From the NCBI GenBank assembly GCA_963816355.1, contig CAWFKH010000003.1, positions 1,024,001 to 1,088,000 of the forward strand: a DNA stretch of 64,000 bases, written 5' to 3'. Positions within the stretch are counted from its first letter, which is position 1; each line of letters opens with the position of its first letter. Below the pieces are notes generated by a model. The model did not search any database and was not told where the DNA came from. It saw nothing but the letters and a program-made list of their open reading frames with translations. Source of the DNA: an uncultured Gemmatimonadales bacterium. GTDB lineage: Bacteria; Gemmatimonadota; Gemmatimonadetes; Longimicrobiales; RSA9. Both the position numbers and the translations under genes were made by a program. Shown here piece after piece: positions 40,962-50,655 of the stretch.

Positions 40962-41061
40962 CGGGTTTTCCTGCATTCTCCCGATAGGGAAGAGCTCCTA
41001 CACGGAGTAGCTTCTCCGTGTCGCGTACGGATCCGGGGACGGGCGAGACGGCGTCCTCGCG

Positions 41062-41090
41062 TTGAAGCAGCGCTCCCGTTGCGCTACACT
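41062..41090 (+). promoter_or_regulatory. Sigma70-type promoter for the ccm operon
   Basis: TTGAAG-N17-TACACT. Confidence 0.6.
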
Positions 41091-41102
41091 TGAGGATTCG
41101 GG

Positions 41103-41891
41103 ATGCACACGGAACCCCTGACGGTGCTGGAGGACGTGAGATCGGCCCCACGACGATCGGGCGGCGACGCCGCCGCGGTCGAGTTGGACGGCGTCGCGAA
41201 GCGGTACGGCCGCCGGTGGGTCCTGCGGGGGCTCGACCTCGAGCTCGAGGCGGGCAGCGTTCTGGGCATCGTCGGCCGCAACGGGAGCGGCAAGACGACG
41301 CTCCTGCGCGTGCTCGCGACGCTGCATCGCCCGACGCGCGGCCACGCGCGCGTCTTCGGCCACGACGTGGTGGCGGACGCGGACCGGGTGCGCTCCCTCG
41401 TCGGCATGCTGGCACACTCGCCCGGCCTCTATCCCGATCTCACGGCTGCCGAAAACCTCCGCTTCGCCGCCCGCATGCTGGGCCTGAGCGGAGGCGAGGC
41501 GCGCATCGACTGGGCGCTCGACGGGGTGGGCCTGCTGCGCGAGCGCGACGAGCGCGTGCGCTTCTTTTCCGCGGGAATGCAGCGTCGCCTGGCGCTGGCG
41601 CGGCTCCGCCTGCGGCCGCCACGGCTGCTGCTGCTGGACGAGCCGCACTCCGCCTTCGACCCCGAGGGCGTGGAGCTGGTGCACGCGTTCGTGCGGCAGG
41701 TGCAGTCGGCGGGAGGCGCGGTGCTCGTGGCCACGCACGATCCGCTGCGCGCGGAGCGGCTGTGGACGCGCATGGTGCGGCTGGCGGAGGGCGGAATTCA
41801 ACCGACGTCGGTGGAGGAGATCCGACGCGCCGCGGCGCGCGCGATCGCCGACGACGACGGCTCGAGCATGCTGGAGGAGTATGTCGGCTGA
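41103..41891 (+). CDS. ccmA: Heme ABC exporter ATP-binding protein CcmA
   Basis: GRNGSGKTT, LTAAENL, FSAGMQRRLALARL, LLDEP; first gene of the ccm cluster. Confidence 0.9.
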   Translation: MHTEPLTVLEDVRSAPRRSGGDAAAVELDGVAKRYGRRWVLRGLDLELEAGSVLGIVGRNGSGKTTLLRVLATLHRPTRGHARVFGHDVVADADRVRSLVGMLAHSPGLYPDLTAAENLRFAARMLGLSGGEARIDWALDGVGLLRERDERVRFFSAGMQRRLALARLRLRPPRLLLLDEPHSAFDPEGVELVHAFVRQVQSAGGAVLVATHDPLRAERLWTRMVRLAEGGIQPTSVEEIRRAAARAIADDDGSSMLEEYVG

Positions 41892-42636
41892 GCCCGTGAC
41901 CCTCGCGCGCGGTGCCGGGACCGCGGCCGACGAGGCTTCCCCCGGGCGGGGCGGCTTCGGTCGCGAGATGGCCCGCGCGGCGGCCGTCGCGTGGAAGGAC
42001 CTCACGACGGAGCGGCGCACGAAGGCGAACTTCAACGCGGTCGTCTTCCTGGCGGCGATGACGCTGCTGCTGTTCGGCTTCGCGCTCGGCCCGGATGCGC
42101 AGGCGCTGCGTGACGCCGCAGCCGGCATCCTCTGGTTGACGGTGCTCTTCAGCGGCGTGCTCGCCTTCAACCGCTCCTACGAGCTGGAGCTGGAGGGCGG
42201 AGCGCTCGACCACCTGTTGATGTACCCGGGCGACCGCCGCTCGCTCTTCGTCGGCAAGGTGGCGGCGAACCTCGGCTTCGTGCTGCTCGTCGAGGCGATC
42301 GTCGTGCCGCTGGCCGGTGTGTTGTATGGCCTTCCGCTGCTGCGGCCGGGCGTCGGGCTGGCGGGCGTCTTCATCCTGGGCACGATCGGCTTCGTGACGC
42401 TGGGCACTTTCTACGCATCGATGGCGAGCCGCGTGCGCGCGCGTGAGGTGCTGCTGCCGCTGCTGCTGTTCCCGATGCTGGTGCCGCTGCTCATCGCTTC
42501 GGTGGAGGCGACGGGGGCACTGCTGGCGGGCGACGTCATGGGCGACGCCGGCGCGTGGGTCCGGCTGCTCGTGATCTTCGACCTCGTCTTCCTGATCGCG
42601 ACGTTCTTCGCGTTCGAGTACGTGATCGAGGGCTAG
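41881..42636 (+). CDS. ccmB: Heme exporter protein CcmB
   Basis: WKDL..E.R, FALGP, GILW, LLPLLLFPMLVPLLI. Confidence 0.92.
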   Translation: MSAEPVTLARGAGTAADEASPGRGGFGREMARAAAVAWKDLTTERRTKANFNAVVFLAAMTLLLFGFALGPDAQALRDAAAGILWLTVLFSGVLAFNRSYELELEGGALDHLLMYPGDRRSLFVGKVAANLGFVLLVEAIVVPLAGVLYGLPLLRPGVGLAGVFILGTIGFVTLGTFYASMASRVRAREVLLPLLLFPMLVPLLIASVEATGALLAGDVMGDAGAWVRLLVIFDLVFLIATFFAFEYVIEG

Positions 42637-42639
42637 AGG

Positions 42640-43383
42640 ATGGACAATGTCCAGACAGTGGAGAGAGCGGTGACGGAGACGGAGGCGTTCACGCCCGCGC
42701 CGCGGTGGCTGCGCGGTCTCGGCTGGGTGGCCTTCGCCGGCGTGCTGGCGGCGCAGGTCTTCGGGATCGTGACGTCGCCGCCGGACCGCGACATGGGCAA
42801 CCTGGAGAAGATGCTGTACGTGCACGTGCCGGCCGCGTGGTGCGCCTTCCTGGCGTTCGGCATCGTGTTCGTGATGAGCGTCGGCTACCTGTGGCGGCGC
42901 AGCGAGCGGCTGGACATGCTCGCGCTCTCCGCCGCGGAGGCGGGGACGGTGCTCACGGCGCTGACCCTGGTGCTCGGGTCGATCTGGGCGCGCCCGACGT
43001 GGGGCGTGTGGTGGACGTGGGATCCGCGGCTGACGACGACGGCGATCCTCTTCGTCGTCTTCGTCGGTTACCTGGCACTGCGGGCGTTCACGGAGGACGC
43101 GGAACGGCGGGCACGCTGGAGCGCGGCGGTGGGCATCCTCGGCTTCGTGAACGTGATCATCGTCTACAAGTCGGTGCAGTGGTGGCGCACGCTTCACCAG
43201 GTGCAGTCGACGATGAGCACGATCGCGCCGGAGTACGGGTGGGCGCTGGCGTGGAACACGCTCGCCTTCACCGTGCTGCTCGTCTACTTCGTGGCGAAGC
43301 GATACGACGTCGCGAAGGCGGAGCGGCTGCTGGAGACGCGGATCGAGGAATCGGCGTTGATGAGCGGAGGAGTACATGTCTGA
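42640..43383 (+). CDS. ccmC: Heme exporter protein CcmC
   Basis: [28 protein letters not shown] (WWD domain), WWRTLHQ. Confidence 0.95.
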   Translation: MDNVQTVERAVTETEAFTPAPRWLRGLGWVAFAGVLAAQVFGIVTSPPDRDMGNLEKMLYVHVPAAWCAFLAFGIVFVMSVGYLWRRSERLDMLALSAAEAGTVLTALTLVLGSIWARPTWGVWWTWDPRLTTTAILFVVFVGYLALRAFTEDAERRARWSAAVGILGFVNVIIVYKSVQWWRTLHQVQSTMSTIAPEYGWALAWNTLAFTVLLVYFVAKRYDVAKAERLLETRIEESALMSGGVHV

Positions 43384-43513
43384 GTGGAGCTACGTCATCG
43401 CTGCCTACGCCTTCACCTGGGTGGGCGTGGTCGGTTACGCCGTCTACGTGGCGCGGCGCGCGGCGCGCGTGCGCGAGGCGTGGCGGTGGACCTTCGAGGA
43501 GGAGCCACGATGA
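43376..43513 (+). CDS. ccmD: Heme exporter protein CcmD (45 aa, below the ORF-track cutoff)
   Basis: [52 protein letters not shown]; YVxAAY motif, TM helix, basic tail; located between ccmC and ccmE. Confidence 0.85.
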   Translation: MSEWSYVIAAYAFTWVGVVGYAVYVARRAARVREAWRWTFEEEPR

Positions 43514-43962
43514 GGAATACGCGCGGCCGGACGTTGCTGGGAGTGGGCGTGCTCGCGATCGTCGGCGCCTTCGCCTACCTGATGTACAGCGGGATCGGCG
43601 ACAACCTCGTCTACTTCCTGACGCCCACGGAGCTCCTCGCCAAGGGGCCCACGGCGTACGAGCGACCCGTTCGGCTCGGCGGGCAGGTGGTGCCCGGGAG
43701 CGTGGATTGGGACAAGGACGCCCTCAAGCTCACCTTCAGCATCACCGACGGCACGAAGACGCTCAAGGTCGACTCGCACGGCGCTCCGCCCACGATGTTC
43801 CGGGCCGGCATGGGCGTCGTCGTGGAAGGGAAGTTCGACCGCGGCGGCGTCTTCGAGGCGAAGAACCTGATGGTGAAGCACTCGAACGAGTACCACCCGC
43901 CTACGGCGGGCCACAAGCCGGAAGAGATGTACAAGACCCTGATCCGGAACGGTGAGAGTTGA
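43510..43962 (+). CDS. ccmE: Heme chaperone CcmE
   Basis: NLVYFLTPTE, VRLGG.V..GS, PTMFRAG.GVVVEG, KHSNEY (HxxxY). Confidence 0.94.
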   Translation: MRNTRGRTLLGVGVLAIVGAFAYLMYSGIGDNLVYFLTPTELLAKGPTAYERPVRLGGQVVPGSVDWDKDALKLTFSITDGTKTLKVDSHGAPPTMFRAGMGVVVEGKFDRGGVFEAKNLMVKHSNEYHPPTAGHKPEEMYKTLIRNGES

Positions 43963-45968
43963 CCCGCCTTCTCGGCTATTCCGCCGTCGTCGTCGCGTTC
44001 GCGCTCACCCTCTACGGGCTGGTCGTGCTCGTCGCCGGCGCCCGCACCGGACGCCGCGACCTGCTTCGCAGCGGCGAGACGACGACGTACGCGACCTTCG
44101 CGCTGCTCCTTCTCGCGAACGCGGCGATGGTCTACGGCCTCGTCACGCACGATTTCAGCATCGGCTACGTGGCGCAGGTGGGGAGCCGGTCGACGCCGCT
44201 CTTCTTCACGGTGATCTCGCTGTGGGGCGCGCTCGAGGGGTCGATCCTCTTCTGGGGCTTCGTGCTGGCGACGTACACGGCGACCGCCGTCTACTTCACG
44301 CGACGGCGCGAGGGCGCGCTATACCCGTACGCGTACGCGACGATGCTGGCCGTGCAGGCGTTCTTCTTCCTGCTGCTGCTCGCGCCGGCGAATCCCTTCG
44401 GACAGGTGTCGCCGGTGCCGGTGGACGGGCCGGGGCCGAATCCGCTGCTGCAGAACCACATCCTGATGGGGGTCCACCCGCCCTTCCTCTACATGGGCTA
44501 CGTCGGCATGACGGTGCCGTTCGCCTTCGCGATCGGGGCGCTCGTGTCGGGGCGGCTCGACGACGAGTGGATCGACGTGAGCCGAACGTGGACGATGGTG
44601 GCGTGGAGCTTCCTCTCCGTCGCGATCATGCTCGGGATGTGGTGGTCGTACGACGTGCTGGGGTGGGGCGGCTACTGGGCGTGGGACCCGGTGGAGAACG
44701 CTTCGTTCCTGCCGTGGCTCACGGCCACCGCCTTCCTGCACTCCGTCATGGTGCAGGAGCGGCGAGGCATGCTGCGGCTGTGGAACATGAGCCTCGTCGT
44801 CGCGACGTTCCTGCTCACGGTGCTCGGCACGTTCCTGACGCGCAGCGGCGTCCTCTCCTCCGTGCACGCGTTCTCCGAGGGGACGATCGGCTTCTACTTC
44901 CTCGCGTTCATCGCGCTCACGCTCACCGCTTCCGTGGCGCTGATCGCCGGGCGCAGCCGGGAGCTGTCCAGCGAGGGCTCGCTCGACAGTCCGCTGTCGC
45001 GCGAGACCGTGTTCATGATCAACAACCTGCTCCTGACCGCGTTCACCTTCACGGTCCTGCTCGGCACGCTCTTCCCGCTGGTCGCCGAAGCGTTCCGCGG
45101 CGTGAAGGTCAGCGTGGGCGCGCCGTTCTTCAACCGCATGACGCTGCCGCTCATCATGGCGCTCCTCTTCCTGGTGGGCGTGGGGCCGGCGCTGCCGTGG
45201 CGCCGCCCGAGGCCGGGCACCGGGCGCCGCTTCCTCCTGCCCGCGATCGCGTTCTTCGTCGGCGCCGCCGGCGCGGCGTTCGCGGGCGCCCGATCGCCCT
45301 ACGCGCTCCTCGCCTTCGGCTTCGCGGCGTTCTCGCTCGTGTCGAACCTGATGGAGTTCCAGATCGCCGCTGCGGCTCGGCGCCGCGCCCAGCGGGAGGC
45401 GTGGCCGGTGGCGCTCGTGCGCGCCGTCGCCGCCAACCGCAGGCGCTACGGCGGCTACGTCGCGCACATCGGCCTGATCCTCGCCGCCGTCGGGATCGCC
45501 GGCTCGTCGACCTTCCGCCAGGACCGTGAGACGACGCTGAAAGTGGGCGAGACCGTGCAGATCTCGGACTTCACGGTGGGCCTGCAGCGGATCTTCGCGG
45601 TCCAGCAGCCGCAGCGCTTCTCGGTCGGCGCGGAGGTCGACGTGCAGCGGGGCGGCAAGGTGGTGGGCCAGCTCAGCCCGCGCCTCAACTTCTATCCGAC
45701 GTCGGACCAGCCGGTCGCGACGCCCGCCGTACGCAGCCGGCCGGACAAGGATCTGTACCTGACGCTCCTCTCCTTCGAGCGGGACGGCTCCAGCGCCACG
45801 TTCCGGCTGGTCGTCGAGCCGCTCGTCGGCTGGATCTGGGTGGGCGGCCTCATCGTCGGCCTCGGCGGCGTACTCGCCGGCTGGCCGAAGCGGCGCCGGC
45901 GGCGCACGCCGCCCGCCGGGCCGGCGACGCCGGAAACCGATCGCGAACCGATGCTCGCGGGGGTGTGA
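43959..45968 (+). CDS. ccmF: Cytochrome c heme lyase CcmF
   Basis: EGSILFW, NPLLQN..MGVHPP, GWGGYWAWDPVENAS, TRSGVLSSVHAF, GGYVAHIG. Confidence 0.95.
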   Translation: MTRLLGYSAVVVAFALTLYGLVVLVAGARTGRRDLLRSGETTTYATFALLLLANAAMVYGLVTHDFSIGYVAQVGSRSTPLFFTVISLWGALEGSILFWGFVLATYTATAVYFTRRREGALYPYAYATMLAVQAFFFLLLLAPANPFGQVSPVPVDGPGPNPLLQNHILMGVHPPFLYMGYVGMTVPFAFAIGALVSGRLDDEWIDVSRTWTMVAWSFLSVAIMLGMWWSYDVLGWGGYWAWDPVENASFLPWLTATAFLHSVMVQERRGMLRLWNMSLVVATFLLTVLGTFLTRSGVLSSVHAFSEGTIGFYFLAFIALTLTASVALIAGRSRELSSEGSLDSPLSRETVFMINNLLLTAFTFTVLLGTLFPLVAEAFRGVKVSVGAPFFNRMTLPLIMALLFLVGVGPALPWRRPRPGTGRRFLLPAIAFFVGAAGAAFAGARSPYALLAFGFAAFSLVSNLMEFQIAAAARRRAQREAWPVALVRAVAANRRRYGGYVAHIGLILAAVGIAGSSTFRQDRETTLKVGETVQISDFTVGLQRIFAVQQPQRFSVGAEVDVQRGGKVVGQLSPRLNFYPTSDQPVATPAVRSRPDKDLYLTLLSFERDGSSATFRLVVEPLVGWIWVGGLIVGLGGVLAGWPKRRRRRTPPAGPATPETDREPMLAGV

Positions 45969-45969
45969 C

Positions 45970-46584
45970 ATGCGACTGCGCATAGCGATCACCACGGGAG
46001 TGGTGGCGATCCCGTTCGTGCTGCTCCTGGCCTTCGGTCTCGGCAAGGATCCGCGCAGCATCCCATCGCCGCTGCCGGGGCGGGATGCGCCCCGCTTCTC
46101 GCTCGCGGCGATGGCGCCTGGGCCGATGGGCACGGCCGCGGACGAGGACACGGTCCACCTGGCCGACCACTCCGGCCAGGTGGTCGTGCTCAACTTCTAC
46201 GCCTCGTGGTGCCTCGCGTGCCGCGACGAGCACGCCGTGCTGTCGATGATGGCGAGCCGCTATCAGGGGCAGCCGGTCCACTTCTACGGCGTCGTCTATG
46301 ACGACAAGCCGGAGAACATGCGACGCTGGATCCAGGAGATGGGCGGGCAGGCCTACCCGTCCTTGATGGATCCGGACTCGCGCACCGCCATCGATTACGG
46401 CCTCTACGGCGTCCCGGAGACGTTCTTCATCGGCCCCGACGGTCGTGTCGCATTCAAGCAGGTGGGGCCGGTGACGCCCGACGTCGTGAGCGAGAAGGTC
46501 GATTCACTCCTCACCATGATCCCCATGCTGCAGCGGGCTCAGCCGCCGGTGGCCGCGCCCCGGCCGACGGAGACGGGGCGGTGA
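45970..46584 (+). CDS. ccmG: Thiol:disulfide interchange protein CcmG/DsbE
   Basis: N-terminal TM, IPSPL, NFYASWCLAC, YGVPETFFI. Confidence 0.9.
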   Translation: MRLRIAITTGVVAIPFVLLLAFGLGKDPRSIPSPLPGRDAPRFSLAAMAPGPMGTAADEDTVHLADHSGQVVVLNFYASWCLACRDEHAVLSMMASRYQGQPVHFYGVVYDDKPENMRRWIQEMGGQAYPSLMDPDSRTAIDYGLYGVPETFFIGPDGRVAFKQVGPVTPDVVSEKVDSLLTMIPMLQRAQPPVAAPRPTETGR

Positions 46585-47159
46585 GGCGGCCCCTGCGCCG
46601 GTCCCGGCCGGGTGCCGTCGGGGACACGGCGCGCCGGCTCTCGCTGGCGCTCGCGTTGCTCCTGCCACTCGGAGCACGGCCTGCGGCGGCGCGGGCGACG
46701 TCGCTTCCGGGGCAGGTGCCTTCCGCCGCGACGCAGGCGCCGGCGGCCACGACGACGCAGGCTCTGCCCGACTCCGCGCTCGACGCCGAGACGCGGGCGC
46801 TCGCGGAGCAACTGCGCTGCCCGGTCTGCCAGGGTGTCTCGATCGAGGCGTCGCCCACCGATCTCGCGAAGGAGATGCGGAGCCTGGTGCGGGAGCAGCT
46901 CGCGGCGGGCAGGACGCCGGACCAGGTGAAGGCGTACTTCGTGAGCAAGTACGGCGAGTGGATCCTGCTCGCGCCGAAGGCGAAGGGCTTCAACCTCACG
47001 GTCTACCTCCTGCCGTTCGTCGCCCTGCTGGCCGGTGCGGCGGTGATCGCGCTCGCCGTGCGGCGCTGGACGCGCGCGCCGGGAGGCAACGGCGCGGACG
47101 ACGTCGCGGAGTCGGGTGTGGCCGTGGGCGAGGAGCGCGAGACGCCCGTCCGGCGCTGA
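46581..47159 (+). CDS. ccmH: Cytochrome c biogenesis protein CcmH
   Basis: LRCPVCQ, KYGEWILLAP, C-terminal TM. Start is uncertain. Confidence 0.92.
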   Translation: MRRPLRRSRPGAVGDTARRLSLALALLLPLGARPAAARATSLPGQVPSAATQAPAATTTQALPDSALDAETRALAEQLRCPVCQGVSIEASPTDLAKEMRSLVREQLAAGRTPDQVKAYFVSKYGEWILLAPKAKGFNLTVYLLPFVALLAGAAVIALAVRRWTRAPGGNGADDVAESGVAVGEERETPVRR

Positions 47160-47243
47160 GTCGCGCCCGCAGGATCCCTCCGCGGGGTCCGCGGTATTAG
47201 GCTGTAGAAACGCGTCCACGCGACCTTGACGGAGTCGGCCCCC

Positions 47244-48113
47244 TTGTATCCGATCCTCTTCCATATCGGCAGCTTCGCCGTGACCAGCTTCGGCGTGATG
47301 ATGTTCCTCGCCTTCATCGCCGCGGCATGGGTGCTGTCGATCCAGATCAAGCGGCGCGGCTACGATCCCGATTTCGCCTGGGACGTGCTGGGTTGGGTCG
47401 CGATCGGCGGCATCCTGGGTGCCAAGCTCTACTACGTCGCGCTGCACTGGGAGGATCTGCTCGCCAATCCGGTCGGCGAGCTGACGAACCGGGCGGGCCT
47501 CGTCTGGTACGGCGGCTTCATCGGCGGCGTGCTCGCCTATCTCTGGCAGGTCCGCCGCAAGAAGCTGCCGGTCGCGCCGATGTTCGACGCGGTCGCGCCC
47601 GCGCTCGCGCTGGCGTACTCGATCGGCCGCATCGGCTGCTTCCTGGTAGGCGACGACTACGGACTCCCGACGCAGCGCTGGTGGGGGATCGCCTTCCCGA
47701 ACGGCTCGCCGCCGAGCACCGCTGGCTACCTTCGCATGGCGGGTGCCGAGGTCCCCGCCTCGGTGCCGAACAGCGCCGTCCTCACCGTGCACCCCACGCA
47801 ACTCTACGAGTCCGCCGCGGCGCTGCTGATCTTCGCGGTCCTGTGGCGGCTCTCGTCCAGGAAGCTCGCGCCGGGACGCCTGTTCGGCGTCTACCTCGTC
47901 CTCTACGGGTTCGAGCGCTTTCTGGTCGAGTTTGTACGCGCGAAGACGGACCGCTTCGTCCTCGGACTCTCGACTTCACAGCTCATGAGCATCGGCGTCG
48001 TCGCGATCGGCCTCTACCTGTGGCAGCGGCGCGTCGACGCGAAGGCGCGGGCCGCCGGCACGGCCGGTGGTGCCGGACCTTCGCGCGCGCCGGCGGCGAC
48101 CGTCCGGAAGTAG
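47244..48113 (+). CDS. lgt: Prolipoprotein diacylglyceryl transferase
   Basis: GLVWYGG, IGRIGCFL.GD.YG, HPTQLYE, RFLVEFVR. TTG start at 47244 or 47226. Confidence 0.92.
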   Translation: MYPILFHIGSFAVTSFGVMMFLAFIAAAWVLSIQIKRRGYDPDFAWDVLGWVAIGGILGAKLYYVALHWEDLLANPVGELTNRAGLVWYGGFIGGVLAYLWQVRRKKLPVAPMFDAVAPALALAYSIGRIGCFLVGDDYGLPTQRWWGIAFPNGSPPSTAGYLRMAGAEVPASVPNSAVLTVHPTQLYESAAALLIFAVLWRLSSRKLAPGRLFGVYLVLYGFERFLVEFVRAKTDRFVLGLSTSQLMSIGVVAIGLYLWQRRVDAKARAAGTAGGAGPSRAPAATVRK

Positions 48114-48152
48114 AAGGCGCCGCTCTCGGCGCCCACTCCTCGGCGCCGGCGC

Positions 48153-48788
48153 TCAGCGCCGGCTGGCCAGCAGACCGGCGAGCGTGGCGAAGTCCGCCTG
48201 CATCTCCGGAAGCAGGCGGCGGCTGCGCAACGCGGCGGCCGGATGGAAGGTGGGGAGGAGGAGGATCTCCCGGCCGCGCCGCTCGATCCCGCGCGCCTGC
48301 CCGTGCACGCGGGTGACTTTCCCCTTCGGATCGAAGACGGAGAGCGCCGTCCGGCCGAGCGTGCACACGACGGCCGGCTGGACGAGGCGGATCTGCTCGT
48401 CGAGCCACGGCGCGTGGGCCCGCACTTCCGGTACGCGGGGCGCGCGGTTTCCCGGAGGGCGGCACGCGACGACGTTCGTCACGAACGCGTCGGCGCGATC
48501 GATGCCCGCCTCCTCGAGCAGCCGGTCCAGCAGGCGGCCGCCGCGCCCCACGAACGGCTCCCCGCGCACATCCTCCTGCGCGCCCGGGGCCTCGCCGATC
48601 AGCATGAGCGTCGCGGGCGATGGCCCCACACCCCGCACGACGCGCGTCCGCTCGCTCGCCAGGGAACAGCGCGTGCAGCAGCGCATCTCGTCGAACAGCG
48701 CCGCGAGCGTCCGCGCCCGCCGGACCTCGGTGGGCCGCCCTTCCACGTACGGCGCCGTGTCGTTCTTCCCCTCCCGGCAATCCCCCAA
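48153..48788 (-). CDS. Uracil-DNA glycosylase family 4
   Basis: CTRC.L, IGEAPG..ED..GEPFVG, NVVACRPPGNR, FHPAA. Start is approximate (TTG 48788 after GGAGGAG, or GTG 48746). Confidence 0.9.
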   Translation of the reverse strand: MGDCREGKNDTAPYVEGRPTEVRRARTLAALFDEMRCCTRCSLASERTRVVRGVGPSPATLMLIGEAPGAQEDVRGEPFVGRGGRLLDRLLEEAGIDRADAFVTNVVACRPPGNRAPRVPEVRAHAPWLDEQIRLVQPAVVCTLGRTALSVFDPKGKVTRVHGQARGIERRGREILLLPTFHPAAALRSRRLLPEMQADFATLAGLLASRR

Positions 48789-48864
48789 GTCACTCCTCCC
48801 GCTCGCATGGTCCGGATGGTCCAACGTGTGGCGGCCGCCCCCGCGGCGGCCCGTCGCGGTCCGC

Positions 48865-50643
48865 TCATCCGCCGCGCGCGTCGGCGCGACGGACGAGGAA
48901 AGGACGGGTGCGGACGAGCTCCGCTCCGGCGCCGCCGCGAACCGAGAGGCGCACCGCGTAGAGTCCCTCGTCCAGGCCGCCGAGGTCCAGGTCGACGGCG
49001 AGCGGCAGCGTGGGTCGGCCCGGCTCCGGAGCGACACGCCACGCGATGCGCGGCAGAGCGCCCCGTCCGCCGAGGCCCAACGTCCGGCCGATCCAGCCGA
49101 GGGCCCGCCGCGCGACGCCGCCGTGATCGAGCCGCTCCACGGACAGCTCGACGCGGTACGCCGCGGGGGAGGGGCCGGGGCTGAGCTCGGCATAGAGACC
49201 GAGCGTGTCGCGGGGCTGCACGACGAGCGGCGCGAGCGGTCGCAGGAGCGGATCGTCGCGCCCCACGGGGAGCTTCCCCTGGCGCGGGAACGGCTCGCAG
49301 AGGAGCAGGTCCGAGAGGGCCGACGAGGCGTCGACGTCGACTTCGTAGCGGGCGCGGCCGGCGAGGGCGCCGGAGTCCACGAGCGCCTCGAGGCTGTAGA
49401 CGTAGCGGCCGGGCGGCGCGGCGCTCCATTCGACGAAGCGGGCGGTGTCGCCCGCGACCGGGATGCGCGAGCGAGTCGCGTCGAGCACGCGGAGCGAGTC
49501 CCGGTCCAGAAGGAAGAACCCGACGCTCATCGAGTCGACGCCGCGCGCGGTCGAGTCCAGAGCGAGCGCGCCGTCCGCCCGCAGGATCACGCCGCCCGGG
49601 GCGGGGAAGCGTGTCACCTGGCGCGCGAGCTCAACCAGACGGTCGACGCCGCCGGGCGTGTAGCCGCTGCGTGGGTGCTCCGGGTCCAGCGGCGAGCGCT
49701 CTCCGGGAAGGGGAGCCGCGAGCGGATCCCCGGTGTCCAGATCCGGCGGAACCAGCGCGACCTGGGCGGGATCGTACTGATCGAGGAACTGGAAGTCGGC
49801 GATCCAGGTTCCGGACAGCCGCTCTCGCCGGACCGGCACGCCGTAGCGCATCGTGAGCTCCTCGAGGTCGCGCCCCCACGTCGTGGTGCCGCGCACCCAC
49901 GGCGCCTCCGGCAGCAGCCGCACCCATACGCGCCGCGCGAGGTGCTCCATCGCGGCCGCGTTGCCCGGACGCAGGTACAGCGGATCCGCCGCGCGCCACA
50001 GGCGGTCCTCGTACGCGCCGCGCTCGCCTTCGTCGAGGCCGCCGTAAACCCTTCGCTCGCCGCCATCGAGCAGATAGGAGACGTCTTGCAGACGACGACG
50101 CTCGGCGGGCGGCAGCCGCGCCAGAGCCTCGCCGAAGCTCCGCGCCGCCGCGCGGTCGCGACCCGCGTAGTGCTGCGCGAAACCGAGCAGCAGCGACGGC
50201 CACGCCGGTTCGCTTCGACTCGCCCAACGAAGCGCGCCCGCCGCGGCCACCGCCTCCTCCGCCCGCCCATCCTCCACGAGGTAGCGGATCAGCGGGGCCG
50301 CCACGGCGGCGTTGCCCGGATCGGCGCCGAACGCACGCCGCAGACGCCGCACCGCCGCCTGGCGCGCGGCCACGACGGCCGGATGCTCCGGTGGCGGGGC
50401 TGCAGCGATCCCGCCGCCGTCCTCGCCGTCGTCGTCGTCGAAGTAGAGGCAGAAGCGCCCGACGTGCTCGACGCACGGCCCGCGCGGCGCGGAGGAAGTC
50501 GCGAGCGGCGCGTACAACCGCGTGCGCCGCTCGTACTCGCGCTCCGCCTCGCGTGCGGCGCGCGCGAGGGCGGCGGCGTCCGGCGGCGGCGGCGCGAGAG
50601 GCGCCTGCTGCAGGGTGAGGAGGAGTGCGGCGGCGAGGAGCAT
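48865..50643 (-). CDS. Exported protein with a divergent GWxTD-like domain and beta-rich C-terminus
   Basis: Signal peptide; LWRAADPL..PGN...EHLARR...TTWGRDLEELTMRYGVP resembles the GWxTD domain core. Confidence 0.6.
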   Translation of the reverse strand: MLLAAALLLTLQQAPLAPPPPDAAALARAAREAEREYERRTRLYAPLATSSAPRGPCVEHVGRFCLYFDDDDGEDGGGIAAAPPPEHPAVVAARQAAVRRLRRAFGADPGNAAVAAPLIRYLVEDGRAEEAVAAAGALRWASRSEPAWPSLLLGFAQHYAGRDRAAARSFGEALARLPPAERRRLQDVSYLLDGGERRVYGGLDEGERGAYEDRLWRAADPLYLRPGNAAAMEHLARRVWVRLLPEAPWVRGTTTWGRDLEELTMRYGVPVRRERLSGTWIADFQFLDQYDPAQVALVPPDLDTGDPLAAPLPGERSPLDPEHPRSGYTPGGVDRLVELARQVTRFPAPGGVILRADGALALDSTARGVDSMSVGFFLLDRDSLRVLDATRSRIPVAGDTARFVEWSAAPPGRYVYSLEALVDSGALAGRARYEVDVDASSALSDLLLCEPFPRQGKLPVGRDDPLLRPLAPLVVQPRDTLGLYAELSPGPSPAAYRVELSVERLDHGGVARRALGWIGRTLGLGGRGALPRIAWRVAPEPGRPTLPLAVDLDLGGLDEGLYAVRLSVRGGAGAELVRTRPFLVRRADARGG

Positions 50644-50655
50644 GGCGCTGCGGGG

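Noticed and set aside
40987..41018. Possible structured RNA between lemA and ccmA
   Set aside because: Only an imperfect hairpin, with no U-tract or recognisable riboswitch motif.
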